64,000 nt of DNA from the human T2T-CHM13v2.0 reference genome, Homo sapiens: assembly GCF_009914755.1 (NCBI RefSeq), contig NC_060947.1; one strand, 5' to 3'. The notes beneath the pieces are model-generated. The model saw only the letters and a program-made list of their open reading frames with translations. It was not told the origin of the DNA and did no database searches. A program made the translations under genes and the position numbers. Shown here piece after piece: positions 1-14,751 of this stretch. The stretch's first letter is position 1. Each line of letters begins with the position of its first letter.

Positions 1-1373
1 GCTATCAGTGGAAAACTGTTGCCACAAGGGCATTTTGTCTTTGCAACTGTTAAAATTATAAAGAATACCACACAAATGAAAAACAAAGGTGCAAATTGCT
101 TGTAGCTACTAGACGCTCTATCCCCAGTTTTAGGAGCATTGTTCTAATGGCACTGGATAAAAGGAAAAAACTATTATGCTCCAAAGTTGGCCAAGGTAGC
201 TGTCCCTCAAGTGGCATTTAGTGTGACCTGGGGTGAACCCTTGTCAGGGAGGGGCTTCTGACTCAGGAGAGTGTTTTACATCTCTGGGATTTGCCTGCAG
301 GCCCCTTACAGATGGTCGGATAGCCTGAACCACAAGGGACCATCCTGAAGAAATAGGAACTAATCATCCCTGAGCCACTCCTCCCCAGATTCTAAAGCAC
401 CAGCCACATGTTGATAGGAAGGAGAGTGGGATCTCTCCAGTCTCTCCAACTGAGCCCTGATCCCTCATGCCAAGCACCAGACACAGGCTTAAGTTGAAAT
501 GATCTTCGACACAGGACCAGAAGCAAACCTATTTTGAAAACACAGTAGGTGAAGTTTAAAAAAGGTTCTGATCCTTCCAAGTAGGGAAGCTGCAGCTGGT
601 GTTTTGACAGTGTTCAGACTGTGGGTGTGCAAGCATTTTACAATGTCTATTTGGAAATGCCTTTCACTGTATTTATAGACTCTTAGAACAATGCTAATGA
701 ATTTCAGTTCTGAAAAATACCAAAATTTCTGAAATTCTGTGAAGCATGTGTCTGGAGTGGCTGACACCCAATGAGGATGCAGCCCCTCAGTGGTCCCTGT
801 TCTCCCCAGTCTGCCCAGCATGTGGGTACCATTTGGCAAAAGGGATGTTATTAAATTCAGAGAAAAAGGAAAAAGCCCATCCTTTTGTAATTTGCAAGCT
901 CCTGCAAGTGTTTCTGTCTGGTGAGTTTCTATGCCTACAGCTGTTAACTAAAAGGAGAACATAAGAGAAGTCAGGAGATACTACCATATATCCAAAGACA
1001 TCAGAAGAAAGTTGCCCTTACTTGTTTCTGATTTTTAAATCAAAGTAATGCAATGTTCTTATATTTTACCTAGCAGTTTTCGTTATGGACACTTAGGACA
1101 CATGACTTGGATAGGCAAGTACTGGCTAAAAGTCTCCTTGTTTTACTAAAGCAGGAACCTAAATCACAGAGAAGAGACTGACGAGCCCAAGCACCACACC
1201 AGGTATAAGTAGAACCTATGATCCCATAGAAATAACAGCAGCTCACCCCCTTTGAGAATGAAAAAAGAAAAAGAAAAAAGAAACAACAGCAACAGCTACT
1301 GTTTACTGAATGCCTACCATGTGCCAGGCACTAGAATAAGCACTTAAAAAAAAAAGAAAAGAAAAGAAAGAAA

Positions 1374-1633
1374 GTCTCACTCTGTTGCCCAGGCTGGAGT
1401 GCAGTGGCATGATCACAGCTCACTGTAGCCTCGAATTCCTGGACTCGAGTGATCCTCCTGCCTCAGTCTCCTGTGTAGCTGGGATTACAGGTACATGCTA
1501 CCATGCATGGCTAATTTAAAAAAAATTTTTGTAGAGATGGGGCTCTCACTATATTGCCCAGACTGGTTTTAAACTCCTGGCCTCCAGCAGTCCTCCAGCC
1601 TCAGCCTCCCAAGTCACTGGGATTACAGGCATG
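1374..1633 (-). mobile_element. AluJ, atypical at both ends
   Basis: gtctcactctgttgcccaggctggagtgcagtggc...gattacaggcatg, with AluJ-type ctcactatattgccc. There is no oligo-T tail. Confidence 0.9.
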
Positions 1634-1677
1634 CTTTAAATACTCAATCCTCACAACCACCCCTTGAGGTACCTACT

Positions 1678-2070
1678 ATGCGCAGCCCCTTGAGTGAAGG
1701 GCTCATTGCCCCTACTGCCTGCTGGGAGTGCTGTCAGCAGGCAGCTGCCAGTTGTCAGCTATTCCAGGGACCATCTCAGCTGCAGAGAGCCTCCTCAGCC
1801 AAGGCACTCCCTCCCCTCCAGGGCAGCCCACACCCCATGGTATCAAAGTCTCAGCCATCTCAGCCCAACATGGGATGACTCAGATGGGCCATTTTGGCTC
1901 CAAAACTTTCCACGAATTTGGCCAAGGCTTTTTGAGCCAGTATCACATCATGACTTCTCCCTCTGCCCAATCCTTCTTCCTTTTTGCTTCATAGGTATTG
2001 AACTCTAAAACATATCTTCATGTTAAATGCTGGCTCAGGGTATGCCTTCTAGAGAACCCCACCTGTGACA
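1678..2070 (+). mobile_element. Old ERVL solo LTR (LTR16-like)
   Basis: ctgggagtgctg...tcagctgcagagagc motifs and an ending of ccttctagagaaccccacctgtgaca. It begins with tg, ends with ca and interrupts the MIR. Confidence 0.55.
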
Positions 2071-3050
2071 ACCTTGTTTTCATTACGTAGATAAGGAAAC
2101 TGGGGCTCAGTGAAATTAAGTCACTTGCTGATTAAGGGTCATAAAAGCAGTAAAGTGGCAGGGTCTAGAATTGGGCCTATTAAGTCCAACTCCAGAGCCC
2201 AAGCTCTTGACTCCTTCTCGAAGCTGCTTTAGTCAGCCTTCTGGTCTTCCAGGCTGGGGATCTGGCCTTGGAGACAGTGAGTTATCAAGGACGCCAGGCA
2301 GCCTGTGTCACCCCGGCTCACTGCCAGCTAAGTAAATTACCTTTGCCTCTCTCAGTTTAAAAGTACTACTAATAAACAAAAATCATGCACTCGACCTATC
2401 CAGAGGGGCCTGTTCTTCCCACTCAGACTCAAGATATAAGATGGGGCTCGTGCACAGACGGCAATGTGGAAGATGCACCATGTGCATCTCTCGAGACCAT
2501 GAACTCAGCCAGTGGCATGGCCCAATTTAGCCTGCGTTGGGACAGTTAAGCCAAGACATGTGGTACAGACAAGGTGTTGAAGTGCACAGGAAGCCAAGGC
2601 AAGCAAACAAACAAGTAAATTAGCAGTAGCACTAACAGCAGCCACAAAAAAAAAAATACCAAAAAGAACCCACAAACCTTTTGGAGGTGAGCAAGGATGA
2701 AAGAAGAAAGAGCAAATCTACCGATTGCTACTGAACCAGAGTCCAAGTCCATATGGTGACTCTTTTTGGCAGCAACACACCCCTCTCCGCCGCCACCCCG
2801 TGCCCCAGAAAGGAGGTACGAGTGTTTGGGCTTCAACTGCCTACAAAATTTGACAAGGAGGAAAGAAAGCTGGGAAGAAAAGGAAAGGAAAAGAAATAGA
2901 AACGCCCCATTGCCTGTGCTTAGGAAACCACTGAGGCACACACCACACATCCTCTATTGTTCATCACTTTTCATTGCATTGGGAACAGATGATAATGGAT
3001 GTCAAATGTGCAGATCCTAGAGAAACCACTCGAATTATCCTATCTTCTTT

Positions 3051-3168
3051 TTTTATGACAACTTTTTACTTTATTTCAATAGCTTTTGGGGTACACGTGA
3101 TTTTTGGTTACGTGGATGAATTGTACAGCAGTGAAGTCTGGGATTTTGGAGCACCTGTCACCTGAGAA
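3051..3168 (-). mobile_element. Very short 5'-truncated L1 (L1PB/L1MA-type 3' end) with target-site duplication
   Basis: ttatttcaatagcttttggggtacacgtgatttttggttacgtggatgaattgtac..., flanked by cctatcttcttt at 3039-3050 and 3169-3180. Confidence 0.8.
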
Positions 3169-3394
3169 CCTATCTTCTTTCTTTCTCCAACTCTGCAACC
3201 TTGCTTATCACTCCCTCCTAGTGTAAAACTACTGCATCTCATTGTTTACCTCTGTGGCCCTGTCCAGTCGGGTGCCTGAGGATACAAGGCCAACGCAAGT
3301 AAGCGCTCCCTTCCTGCTCTCCTGGCTGCCTACTTATAACATCTCAGACTTCAGCTCTGATTGTTAAAGGTGAGTAGAGACTACCCAGCTGAAG

Positions 3395-3530
3395 CCCCCA
3401 TTTTATTACAGACAGAGGTCCTGTGCTCTGAGAGTGGGGAGTGATATACCCAAGGCCACCTAGTTGATTGGTGGCAGAGCTGGAACCAGATGGAAAGTTC
3501 CTCATGCCAAGCCAGTCCAATCTTTTCCTA
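3395..3530. mobile_element. MIR fragment
   Basis: cccattttattacaga...cccaaggccacctag...ggcagagctgg core similarity. Confidence 0.55.
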
Positions 3531-4889
3531 CCACATTTGGGATGGCAATAATGTAAGTGAGCATCCGTGTGCACAGGTTTTATGCTCCAAGAGATGTTTT
3601 TCTCTCAAATGAACAGCAACAAGAGGGCCCTGCCCATCTGTGAAGATAGCAGATGCAAAGCCAGTCCTTCAGAAGCATTCTGCCCCAGGAGGGATGTTAC
3701 TGCTCATGGAACTTGGATCCTTCCATCAGGAAAGGACAAAATGGGAGTATCAGTAATCCCAGTTTCCTTTGCTCCTCAGATGGAGGGCAGGAGGAGCCTC
3801 CCTCCCTTTCCCAGAAATCCAAATCCAAAGGTTCTGCTGTTATCTGCTATGAGTCCCCACATACTCACCTGGTAGCCAAAAATGTCCCAGGAATCACAGG
3901 AACTTTTGGACTGAAAAAGTGGTACCATTTAAATGTGGGACAAGCAGAGGGAGGCCAGGGGCACAAGAAGCAGAAACCAGAGTGGTTTTCCTGGCAGCTC
4001 TCCCTTTGCATCGTGCGTCCTTGTCTGGATAAGCACAAACAAGCTGGGCTATTTATAGATGGTGAAGACACGCTGGAAGGTGATGGGAAAGTGCTCACTC
4101 AATTCCCCTCCAAATTCCTGTTCATTGTGCAGACTCTGCAAATATATCTGGAAGCAGGCCTCTCTCCAGAGCCCATCCAGGGCCTGACAAGCCCTGCAAT
4201 CCACTATGGCACAAGGATGATGACATCCATAGACGTCGCCTGCAAACCCACAGCTTGACATCTCAAAGAGGCGCAAGGGGCTTTAAGGATGCTGAGCCCC
4301 CATCTTGGGCAGTGTCTGGAGGAACGAGAATTCATCATCATGTGACTGTGAGAAAAGTTTGCAGGGTGCCGTGTGGAGGAACCGTACTACTCAAAGACAT
4401 AGCCCATGGAAAACACATTCTAGAAACCAATTAGTACAAAGCATGCGTGAGGTGTTAACATTTCCTACTGTTTCACTGCCTGATTCTGGCCATCAGTGGC
4501 AGGAAAATCCATGTGACTCAGCCTGGGCTGAGGCTAAATCCCATCACTATGGTTGATTCACTTTATGTGTGGGAGGAAGGAAAGAGAGTGAGAGAAGATA
4601 ATATGTACAAGTGGAATGAGGTCAGCAAATCATGCAGATGTCCCTAAAGTATGACAAGGTACTTCCCCCCATGCCTGTGACCTATGGGACTACCTTCCAT
4701 CAGTTGCTGGCCTTCCCTGGGTCCTGGCTCTTGCTGCAGCTGGGGGAGGCCACTCATGCTTCCACCCGGAGGATGTTCACTTTTCCACTCCCTTGGGGCC
4801 CCAGAGCCTGATGCAGGAACCCCTCCCCCATGGAGGTCACAGATTTAGTAAGTGCCTCTCAAGTTGCCAGGCAATGAGCTAGGCCCCTG

Positions 4890-5070
4890 AGGTGGAGCAG
4901 TTTGTTTAAACTCTCCACACCTGAGCAAGGTAGGCCTTGTGGTGTCATTTTGCAGGGGAGGGAACTGAGTGAGACTCAAGGTGGTGAGCACCTTGCACGA
5001 AGTCACAGGGTATCTAAGAAGAGGGTTGGGGTTTCAACCCCAGTGTGCCTGGCCCCAAAGCCCAAGCAAG
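4890..5070. mobile_element. MIR fragment
   Basis: cattttgcagggga...ggaactgag...agtcacag...ggggtttcaacccc core similarity. Confidence 0.55.
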
Positions 5071-5427
5071 CAGTGGGTGGGCCTGGTTACCATAGTTAAC
5101 TACTACCTAGAAGAGGGCCAGGGCAAAGGTAGGCACTTAACGAGTATTTGAAACAAACAAATGAATCATACATACACATACACACATATACACACACACA
5201 AATTTTCTTTCCTTCCTGAATCTATATCTAGCACCCATTCTCCATCTTTTTTCCATAGCCAATTTCTCACAAGACAAGTCTACCCACGCTTGGCCGCTTG
5301 CCCATTCTCTCTTCAACTCACCCCAAATCTGTCTCCTGCCCACAACTGTTGCATGGAAATTGCTCGACTGGGATCACCAAGGGCCAACTAATGAGCAAAG
5401 CCTGGGTGTCCCTGGCTCTCGAGATGG

Positions 5428-5625
5428 CAGTGGTTCTCACAATGTGGTCCCCTGACCAGTAGCAGCAGCAGCAGCAGCACTGGGAGCTTGGGAGAAATGC
5501 AAATTCTCAGGCCTTAATTCAGACCTACTGAGTTAGAAACCTGGGGTGCCAGCAATCTGTGTTTCAACAAGCACCCCTAAACACCCGTGATTCGGATGCA
5601 CGCCCAGGTGTGAGCACTGCTGATC
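5428..5625. mobile_element. MER5A (hAT-Charlie MITE) with a short CAG run
   Basis: cagtggttctca...gaaatgcaaattctcaggcc...agacctactgagttagaaac...gcactg. Confidence 0.8.
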
Positions 5626-5847
5626 AGTAGTTGCTCCACACTTCCTCCTTCTAGCTTCCATGACATCACACTCCTCCTACCCTTTTGGATGGCTCCTAGG
5701 CCTTCCTCCACCCTGTACGCAGTGATTTTCCCTGCTGCTGTCTCTACTCTTTCCTCCTCCTGTTCTCCGTAATCTCCTGCAGTGGTCATATCTATTCCAT
5801 GCTTGTAACTACCATCTATAAGCCAATGGCATCCACCTCTGTAATTG

Positions 5848-6150
<303 letters not shown>

Positions 6151-6789
6151 AACCTCTGTAATTTCTAGCCAAGACTTCTCTCCTGAATTCTCCAAAGATA
6201 AGTCTTCATCCTGATTTGTATTAAAGGAGGGAAACACACAAAAATCACACAAGGAATCACTAGGAATCTTTAGAAAGAAATTCACAACACCTGAGTAATC
6301 CCAATTCAAAATGATGGGCTAAGCATCCAAGTATTCAGTTTACCTGCTGACTTAGGGAACATTGCACACACTCACTAGCTTTCTCGTCCTCTTTTTTGAT
6401 TAATGGATTGATTAGTTTATGCCTAATAAAAGCAAAGAGGTCTTTTCTAATGCTTTCTTTTGGTGGGCATGGGAGTTGGACACCTCACGGAGTGATCAGT
6501 ACCTGGAAGCTTATTTCCTGCTACATCATAACCCCAAGGTCTTAAGCCAAGATGCCTTGGTAAATTTAAAGAAAAAATTAACTTCCATGCTCTTAAGTTG
6601 GTCCCAAGAGAGACATCTGCCCTTCCCTATGCACTTAGTTGATGTTTGGCATATAAATGTTTACTTAATCTTTGCCTCAAGCTAAAATGCTTCAGAACTC
6701 ATCAGTCACTTAACTCCCAGTGTTTCTCTGAAATCCAGTGCTCCAGCATCACTACAGGTTTAAAAAAAAAAAAAAAAAAAAGCGATTCC

Positions 6790-7610
6790 ACTGCGTGCTG
6801 CCCCTCCCCTTATCCTATGCTCCAATTCTCTCAGTATAGCCTCCAGCTCTTCACAAGAAGTCCACATGGTATGTTTAACATTTAAAGCAATAGGTCATCT
6901 CCAAGTGGCATAGGTCTGGAAAGTCACTGGGCCTCCTACCCACATCCTGGTGTCCATCATCCAACTGCCTATCTTCGAAAGCAATTCCTGGGCACATGTT
7001 TCCACATGTAAAGTCAATGGACAGTGACCTCTGGGATGTCTGATTCATAGCAACCAACTCCCCCATATCTGGACCCTTCTCATTGAATGGTCCGCTTCCA
7101 TCCTGACATTCTCAGCCACCGGCCAAAGCAAAAGCTGTTAATTCTGCTCTGCCCGACAGAGGATAGAGCCAGCAGGCTCACACCACCTGCTACCACACTG
7201 TCAAACCCTCTTGTCACTATCATCAACTCCCAGAACACACCAGCACCCATGGGAGGACACTGGCTTGTAGAACACTGGCCTCCCTGACTCCAGCTCTTGC
7301 CATCTTCCTGAGCCTATGGTGGCCGCGTGGGTGATCCATCCCCAACTCCGGCCCCTCCTTCCTCGGTATCTTCAGTTCTATGACCTTCATTCATTCATCT
7401 TCAGTCACCCACATTTGTGGCCACAACCATTGCGAATGTTTTCATCTTCCAAACAAACCCACCTCCAAGGTTGTAAGCACCAACCTCCCCTTTCTGATCA
7501 CCATCTCCTGTGCTTCCTTCCAGCCATCAACTTTGCCCTGCTCCCACTCCATCCTTGCTGGCCTCACTTCCTCTCCTTCATCCCAGACCTTCTCCCCACA
7601 TCTCTAACTC
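6790..7610. mobile_element. Degenerate L2 (LINE2) sequence
   Basis: Pyrimidine-rich diverged sequence with L2-like motifs (ctttctgatcaccatctcct, ggtgatccatccccaac). Confidence 0.4.
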
Positions 7611-8028
7611 AAGGCTCCCTGACACCTGCCCCTGGCCACTCAGAGAGCATGTGCTACAGCGGGAGACAGGCAAAGCTCCCCAACTCACAGTGAAGGTCCT
7701 GCTCTAGCTTCTCTATTCTTTGGGAAGAAAATGACTAATCCTTATGCCTTGGGATGTCTGAGTTTGGGAGGATTAACAAGCCTGCTTTGGACTGGTCAGG
7801 CTGCTTCTATCTCTTGCCCTATCAGAATTATTTCCTTTTGAGGGTACACACCTGCCCTGCCCCTCAGGTTTCTTGCTTGCTGCCTTCCACTGCATGCAAT
7901 TACTAGAGCTAAGGGCAGCCTGCCTCTCTCCAGCATTTCCTTGGGTTTTTCTTTTTCTTCTTTTGGACTCTTCTCCCAAGTCTCAGGAACTCTTTTCACA
8001 GAGGAACCCATTTTTATTCAATTGCTAA

Positions 8029-8369
<341 letters not shown>

Positions 8370-8644
8370 ACCATTGAATTTTTAAATCAATGCTGGTATT
8401 ACATTTTTGAAAGTCTTTTCTTCCTGTTGAAATTCCACATGAACTTACTTTCTAGAAGTGGGGAGAACATTCTTACTAAAGGTCAAGTATATTACTATCT
8501 GAGGAAGGGAGCGATCACTGTAAGAGCCTTCATGTGCGTTTCCACTTGCTCAGGCTGAACACAGACTGCTGACTGATGTCACTGTGGTTTTCCTAGATAT
8601 AATTCCTAAAAACTGTGAACTGGAACACCTGGGTCTGACCAGGA

Positions 8645-9547
<903 letters not shown>

Positions 9548-10119
9548 TGTAATACGTTTTTTGTTAAGTGAATATATCTGAAAGTGATGATGCTTTTCCT
9601 AAACTTATGTACAGTATTCCTTTTTTCTGAAAGATGTTAGCTCCTGTTTAAAGAGAAAGAAATTACTCTCCTCTGAAAGCCGCACTTGGCAGCAAGATTA
9701 CTGGCTGGTGAGAAGCAGCGTGAGCCCGGACGCTGCAGCTGGAGTGGCAATGCCTGGCTTCCAATGAGAGCTGCTTACAGTGACTACATGTCCATGCATG
9801 CAATCGTCCATCTATCCATCCATTCACCTGGTCAGGTAAATCCTGGCGAAGATCTGGGTTCACACAGAACACAATACCCTTTCTCCAGAGGACCACTGAC
9901 ACAAGACTATTTGAATTAACATTCCTACCTCCACTAACTTGGCAGAAGAAAACAAGTGCATAAACCAATATACAGGTTGGTTGTTCAATGTAATCGCTTA
10001 GCAAAAAAATATAAAGTGCATTAAGTACCAAGGAACAATAAGCCTTTCTCTGACTTTTAAAAGTGTTTTTGTGTGGCAATCCATGGCATAATAGGTTACT
10101 TAGAATGTAAGACACGCAT

Positions 10120-10157
10120 ACTAAATGTACTAAATGTACTAAATGTACTAAATGTAC
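10120..10157. repeat. Perfect 9-bp tandem repeat (ACTAAATGT)x4
   Basis: actaaatgt actaaatgt actaaatgt actaaatgt ac. Confidence 0.95.
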
Positions 10158-10567
10158 GGAGGCTGGGAAGGACGACAGGAGAGGCAAAATTGAACAAAAT
10201 ATAAGCACTGGCACCTCCCCCTCTTTTAAGGAACCATGGCATTCAACAAGTGTTTGTTAAATGAGCCACTACCATATGCTCGACACCGTAAGGCATGTGG
10301 AGATGACAAAACACACTCTTGATCTGCTTTAAATCTGGTAAAGAAGTCCGGGGGTGTTTGCATCCCAAGTAGCACAGCATGGGGCCCAGCACTAGGCTAA
10401 ACACGGGTGGCAGGCATTTGGAGGAGAGAGCAATCATGAGATCTAAGGGAAGGCTTCCAGAGGAGGGCATGCTAACAGGGGCTCTCAAATCTGAAGCACG
10501 AGCAGGCGCTTGAGAGGCAGCCAGGCAAGGAGGGGCGAGCACCGTCAACAACTTGGAAGAATCTAGA

Positions 10568-10602
10568 GCAATGGGTGTCACGGTGTGGATTCCACCACCA
10601 CT

Positions 10603-10635
<33 letters not shown>

Positions 10636-10768
10636 TTTTAAAAATGTAAATTCTCAGGCCCACCCAAGACCTACTGAGTCAGCAACTGTGGGGATAGCAC
10701 CCAGCCATCTGCTTTGAACAAGTTCTCCAGGTGATTCGGAGGCATGCTGAAGTTTGAGAACCACTGAG
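10568..10768. mobile_element. MER5A containing (CAG)10
   Basis: aaatgtaaattctcaggcccacccaagacctactgagtcag...aagtttgagaaccactg, with ten cag units at 10605-10634. Confidence 0.85.
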
Positions 10769-11784
10769 TTAGAGCAGGCACTGCCCTCCCTTAAACCGGC
10801 TAAGCAGGAATCTCAGGGCTTTCCTCCCCCACACCCTCCTGCAAACCAGTGTCTAGGGAGCTAGGCAGCCATGGAGTGTGTGGAGGGCTGGGGGCTGACC
10901 ACCCTCTCCCAGGCTGCTCAGATGGCACGCACTGTTAAGAACAATTACATCTTCCACTGGCTTCACGAACCTCTCTCATGCATCTCCCTTCATGGCCTGG
11001 ACTTCTAACTAACCACTGGATACTGGGAGACGCAGAGGCAGAGAAGAGATAAGCAGAGGAAGGAGGCAAATGGGACCTCTGTGAGCCCAGAAGTTTGGTG
11101 GTGATGCCACATTTCCCCCAGGCTTGCAAAGCCTGTACCTATCCTATAACCAGAGAGTTGCAAGCAACTCTAGAAGGCAAAGCAGCAGTTGGAATTCCAC
11201 TTCTCTTCAATCAGATTGTTAGAAAGAGCAGCAGGAATATTTTGGAAATTGTTATAGAGCTAACGGAAATGTTTGTAGCCCCTGGAGACTAATAGAATTT
11301 GCCAGGGTGTGGCTTCAGTGATGTGCAACCTTTGCTGCTCCACATCTTCCCCATTTGTATAGCTCGTATTCTTTTCGGAAGCACTTTGGTTTAAATAAGT
11401 TTTTTCTTCTGATATACTAGCTTCTGGGCTGACCACACCACTGAAATGATCCTTGCTAAGGTCATCAAGGCTGTCAAGTGGCCCCAATATGTGCATGTGC
11501 AAAGAACCTTCTATTGCCAGTTCATAGTAGAGGGTGGAACATGGAGAGGCCTCACCAACTCAACAGGGGGTGTCACATGGAGGCAATTGTTGGACTGGAC
11601 CTTGGGAGATGCCTGTAGAATGACACAGGTGAACCAGCTGCTACTTGAATGGGCTCACACGCACCTGAGATGACCACAGCTCTGTATCGACTGGGCAGCC
11701 AGCCCACGTTGCGACTTGCCTCTACATTTGAGCCTGGGAGTTGTGTTTTTGTTGTTGTCATTGTTATGAAAAGCAAATGAGCCA

Positions 11785-12425
<641 letters not shown>

Positions 12426-12529
12426 ACTTGTCTTTAAGAGAGTAAATGAGCTCTTTTTGTCTTACTGCAGCGTGCCCAATTCAATAGGCAATAATCAAAA
12501 TAACAATGAAAATAATGTTGATTTGCATA

Positions 12530-12685
12530 CTTGGGAATTATTTAGGTGCATTCCATTATCATCCTCTATTTACAGATGAAAAAAGTGAGGTGAGAGGATA
12601 GAGTAGCCAAGCTCCTACTCCTCCCATGAATGAGGTGGGCTGAGATTCCAGCCCTGAGGTCTGTCTGACTCCAACGCAAGAGCTG
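12530..12685. mobile_element. MIR fragment
   Basis: tatttacagatgaaaaaagtgagg...ggtctgtctgactcca. Confidence 0.6.
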
Positions 12686-13556
12686 TGAAGCCCATGCAAC
12701 TTTCACCAGGCCAACTTAGCTCATAAGAACAAAAATTCAGTGACTGTGTGTTGACATGTATACCTAAAGACCTCTGAGTCACTGACCTGCCCTGGTGTGT
12801 TACACCAACACATATAATACATATATATTTTCATATTATGGTAGAAAGTTCTGGCAATGAACTTATGGAGAGAATTCAACAGTTCCTTGCTCTGTGGTAG
12901 GTATCTCAGGTCTGGAACACACAATGTCCAACTCTGATTTCATGGAACACATGCATCCAGCCAGCTGGCGAATGAATTTGCATTCTGTCAAGCACATCTC
13001 AGAACACATGCCTGCATAAAGCATGTCCCCAGCCGTTGAGGGTCTTAGAGTTAGAGACGTTCCTGGCTCGGGGTTCCATAACAGGCTGTACAGTGAAGAG
13101 CAGAGGGAGCCTGGGCTATGGAAAGAAGCCCTGCAGAGCAGTGAGGGTCAGGGGTCGTAGCCACACATGAGATATACATACTTGAGGCCGGCACAACATC
13201 CAGGGGGACAAAGAGGGACACGCCACCTGCATTTCCAGGCTGAAGGGCAGTTGGCCTTGCTTCTAATAAGGCCCAGGAAAAACCCCTGTGTGTGAGCAGG
13301 GCCTAAATGCTGGGTACCCAGTCCTCATGAAACCCACACCGCACCCCTCAACCTCACACTCACTCCTGCCTGAGTGCAGGAGCAAGGACAGAAGTGGCCG
13401 GTGTCTTCAGATAATTTTGCTGGAGGATGTAAGAGGGAAGCTTGAGCACCCCCTTCTCCTCTCCCTTCCTCCCAAGGTCTGTGGCAGTCAGTTCCCCTCC
13501 TGTGTTCCTTCCATAGCCACCCCACACCCGCCCCGGAGGTGAGAGCACAGCAGTAC

Positions 13557-13716
13557 CTGGTGTGTGTCAGCGGACCCACCGGTCTCTCCGGCCTTCTCGG
13601 GGGCAGTGCGCCAGGTCTGCTGAGAGAATTGGTCTTAGGTGGCCGAGGCTTTTTTGGCGGTATGGCAGGAACGGAGGGCTTCTGTAAATCCAGTTTTGGC
13701 TCTCTCTCTGGTCTTT
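13557..13716 (-). CDS. SH3KBP1: SH3KBP1 internal coding exon, proline-rich region with a PxxxPR motif (PPKKPR)
   Basis: gatttaaag|AA AGA CCA GAG...CAC ACC AG|gtactg. It is 160 nt, phase 1/2, and encodes (E)[52 protein letters not shown](R). It is locally CpG-rich, as expected of an exon. Confidence 0.95.
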
Positions 13717-14751
13717 CTTTAAATCATTGTTTAAAGAAAACAGATAGATCGAGTGTAAGTGACAGTACTTAGATGCAGATCACTCATTTCCTGCTAAAAA
13801 AAAAAAAAATTACTGATGCTATTTCTGAAGGTGATCATGGAAGGCCAAGAGCACCACTTATTCTTTGTCAGGTTAGAAGAAGTCCCACAGAGCTCACTGT
13901 TCCCTCCCTTGCACACCTTCACTCATGCTGGTCCTTCTGCCTGAAGCGCCCTTCTGGCCACCGCCCACCTTCAGCATACTCCAGCTCTTCCTTCGAAGCC
14001 TGGCTGAAACGTGACACTGCCATGTTCCCTTCCCAACAGCTCAAAGGCAGACTTCCTTCCTTCCTCACCTGAGCATTACAGGGCAGCGCTTTACAAACAC
14101 GCTCAGACACTTTCTGGGTGTTTGCATGTTTGGCACAGCCTGTAGGCCGACAGCCCCTGAGGGCAGGGCCCAAGTCTGGTCATCTCCTCAGAGCTGTATG
14201 TGGTGCTGGCATGGAGTCAGGGCTCAGCAGAGGGCTGAGGGGTTTGGTCAATGGCCCACGGGACCTGCTGGGTATGGGAAGGAAAGAGGCCTGACACGTC
14301 TCAGGCTGGCCTCTGAAAAGGGCCATGAGCAAATAAAAGGGAGAGCATTTCAGGGAACAATGAGTTCTGGATTCTTCTTGCGCACAAGAAGTTTGAACTT
14401 GGAAGGCAAACTAGGACTTCACAGGTATAAGGTTTCCAAGGCTTTTTGGAGTCACAGATATTAGAATGAAGTTGAAGCCAGATCTGTTGGCCGAACGGGG
14501 GCAGTGTTCAGTGACAACCTCATATTTTCTGTTCCCAACTAGCCTTGCTCCGTGTGTGGCATAAAAAGCATACATCCACATTCTTCTTGATAAAGATGGA
14601 ACTTGAGAGAGTTGCCCAACGGACTATAGGCAGGCTCCCTATGCTTACTTGTAAGATGGTACTCAGGACACCTTCTACTTGCAAACACAGACTCATGTTG
14701 TTTGGGTGCCCAGATGGTTGGCAAAAGGTTAAAAAAAAAAAAACCCATCAG

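Larger units (their letters stand above)
1295..2215. mobile_element. MIR fragments split by a later Alu and an LTR insertion
   Basis: tttactgaatgcctaccatgtgccaggcact (about 1300), aatcctcacaaccacccc (about 1650) and gataaggaaactggggctcag...agtcacttgc (about 2090) are consecutive parts of the MIR consensus. Confidence 0.6.

Noticed and set aside
3653-4258. Longest ORF in the track (201 aa, + strand)
   Set aside because: It has no recognisable domain, promoter or splice context and is antisense within an intron. The length is compatible with chance in 64 kb.
9663-10214. 183-aa ORF with VHLVHLVHL repeats
   Set aside because: The repeat is just the 9-bp tandem (ACTAAATGT)4, the start is non-ATG, and there is no protein family resemblance.
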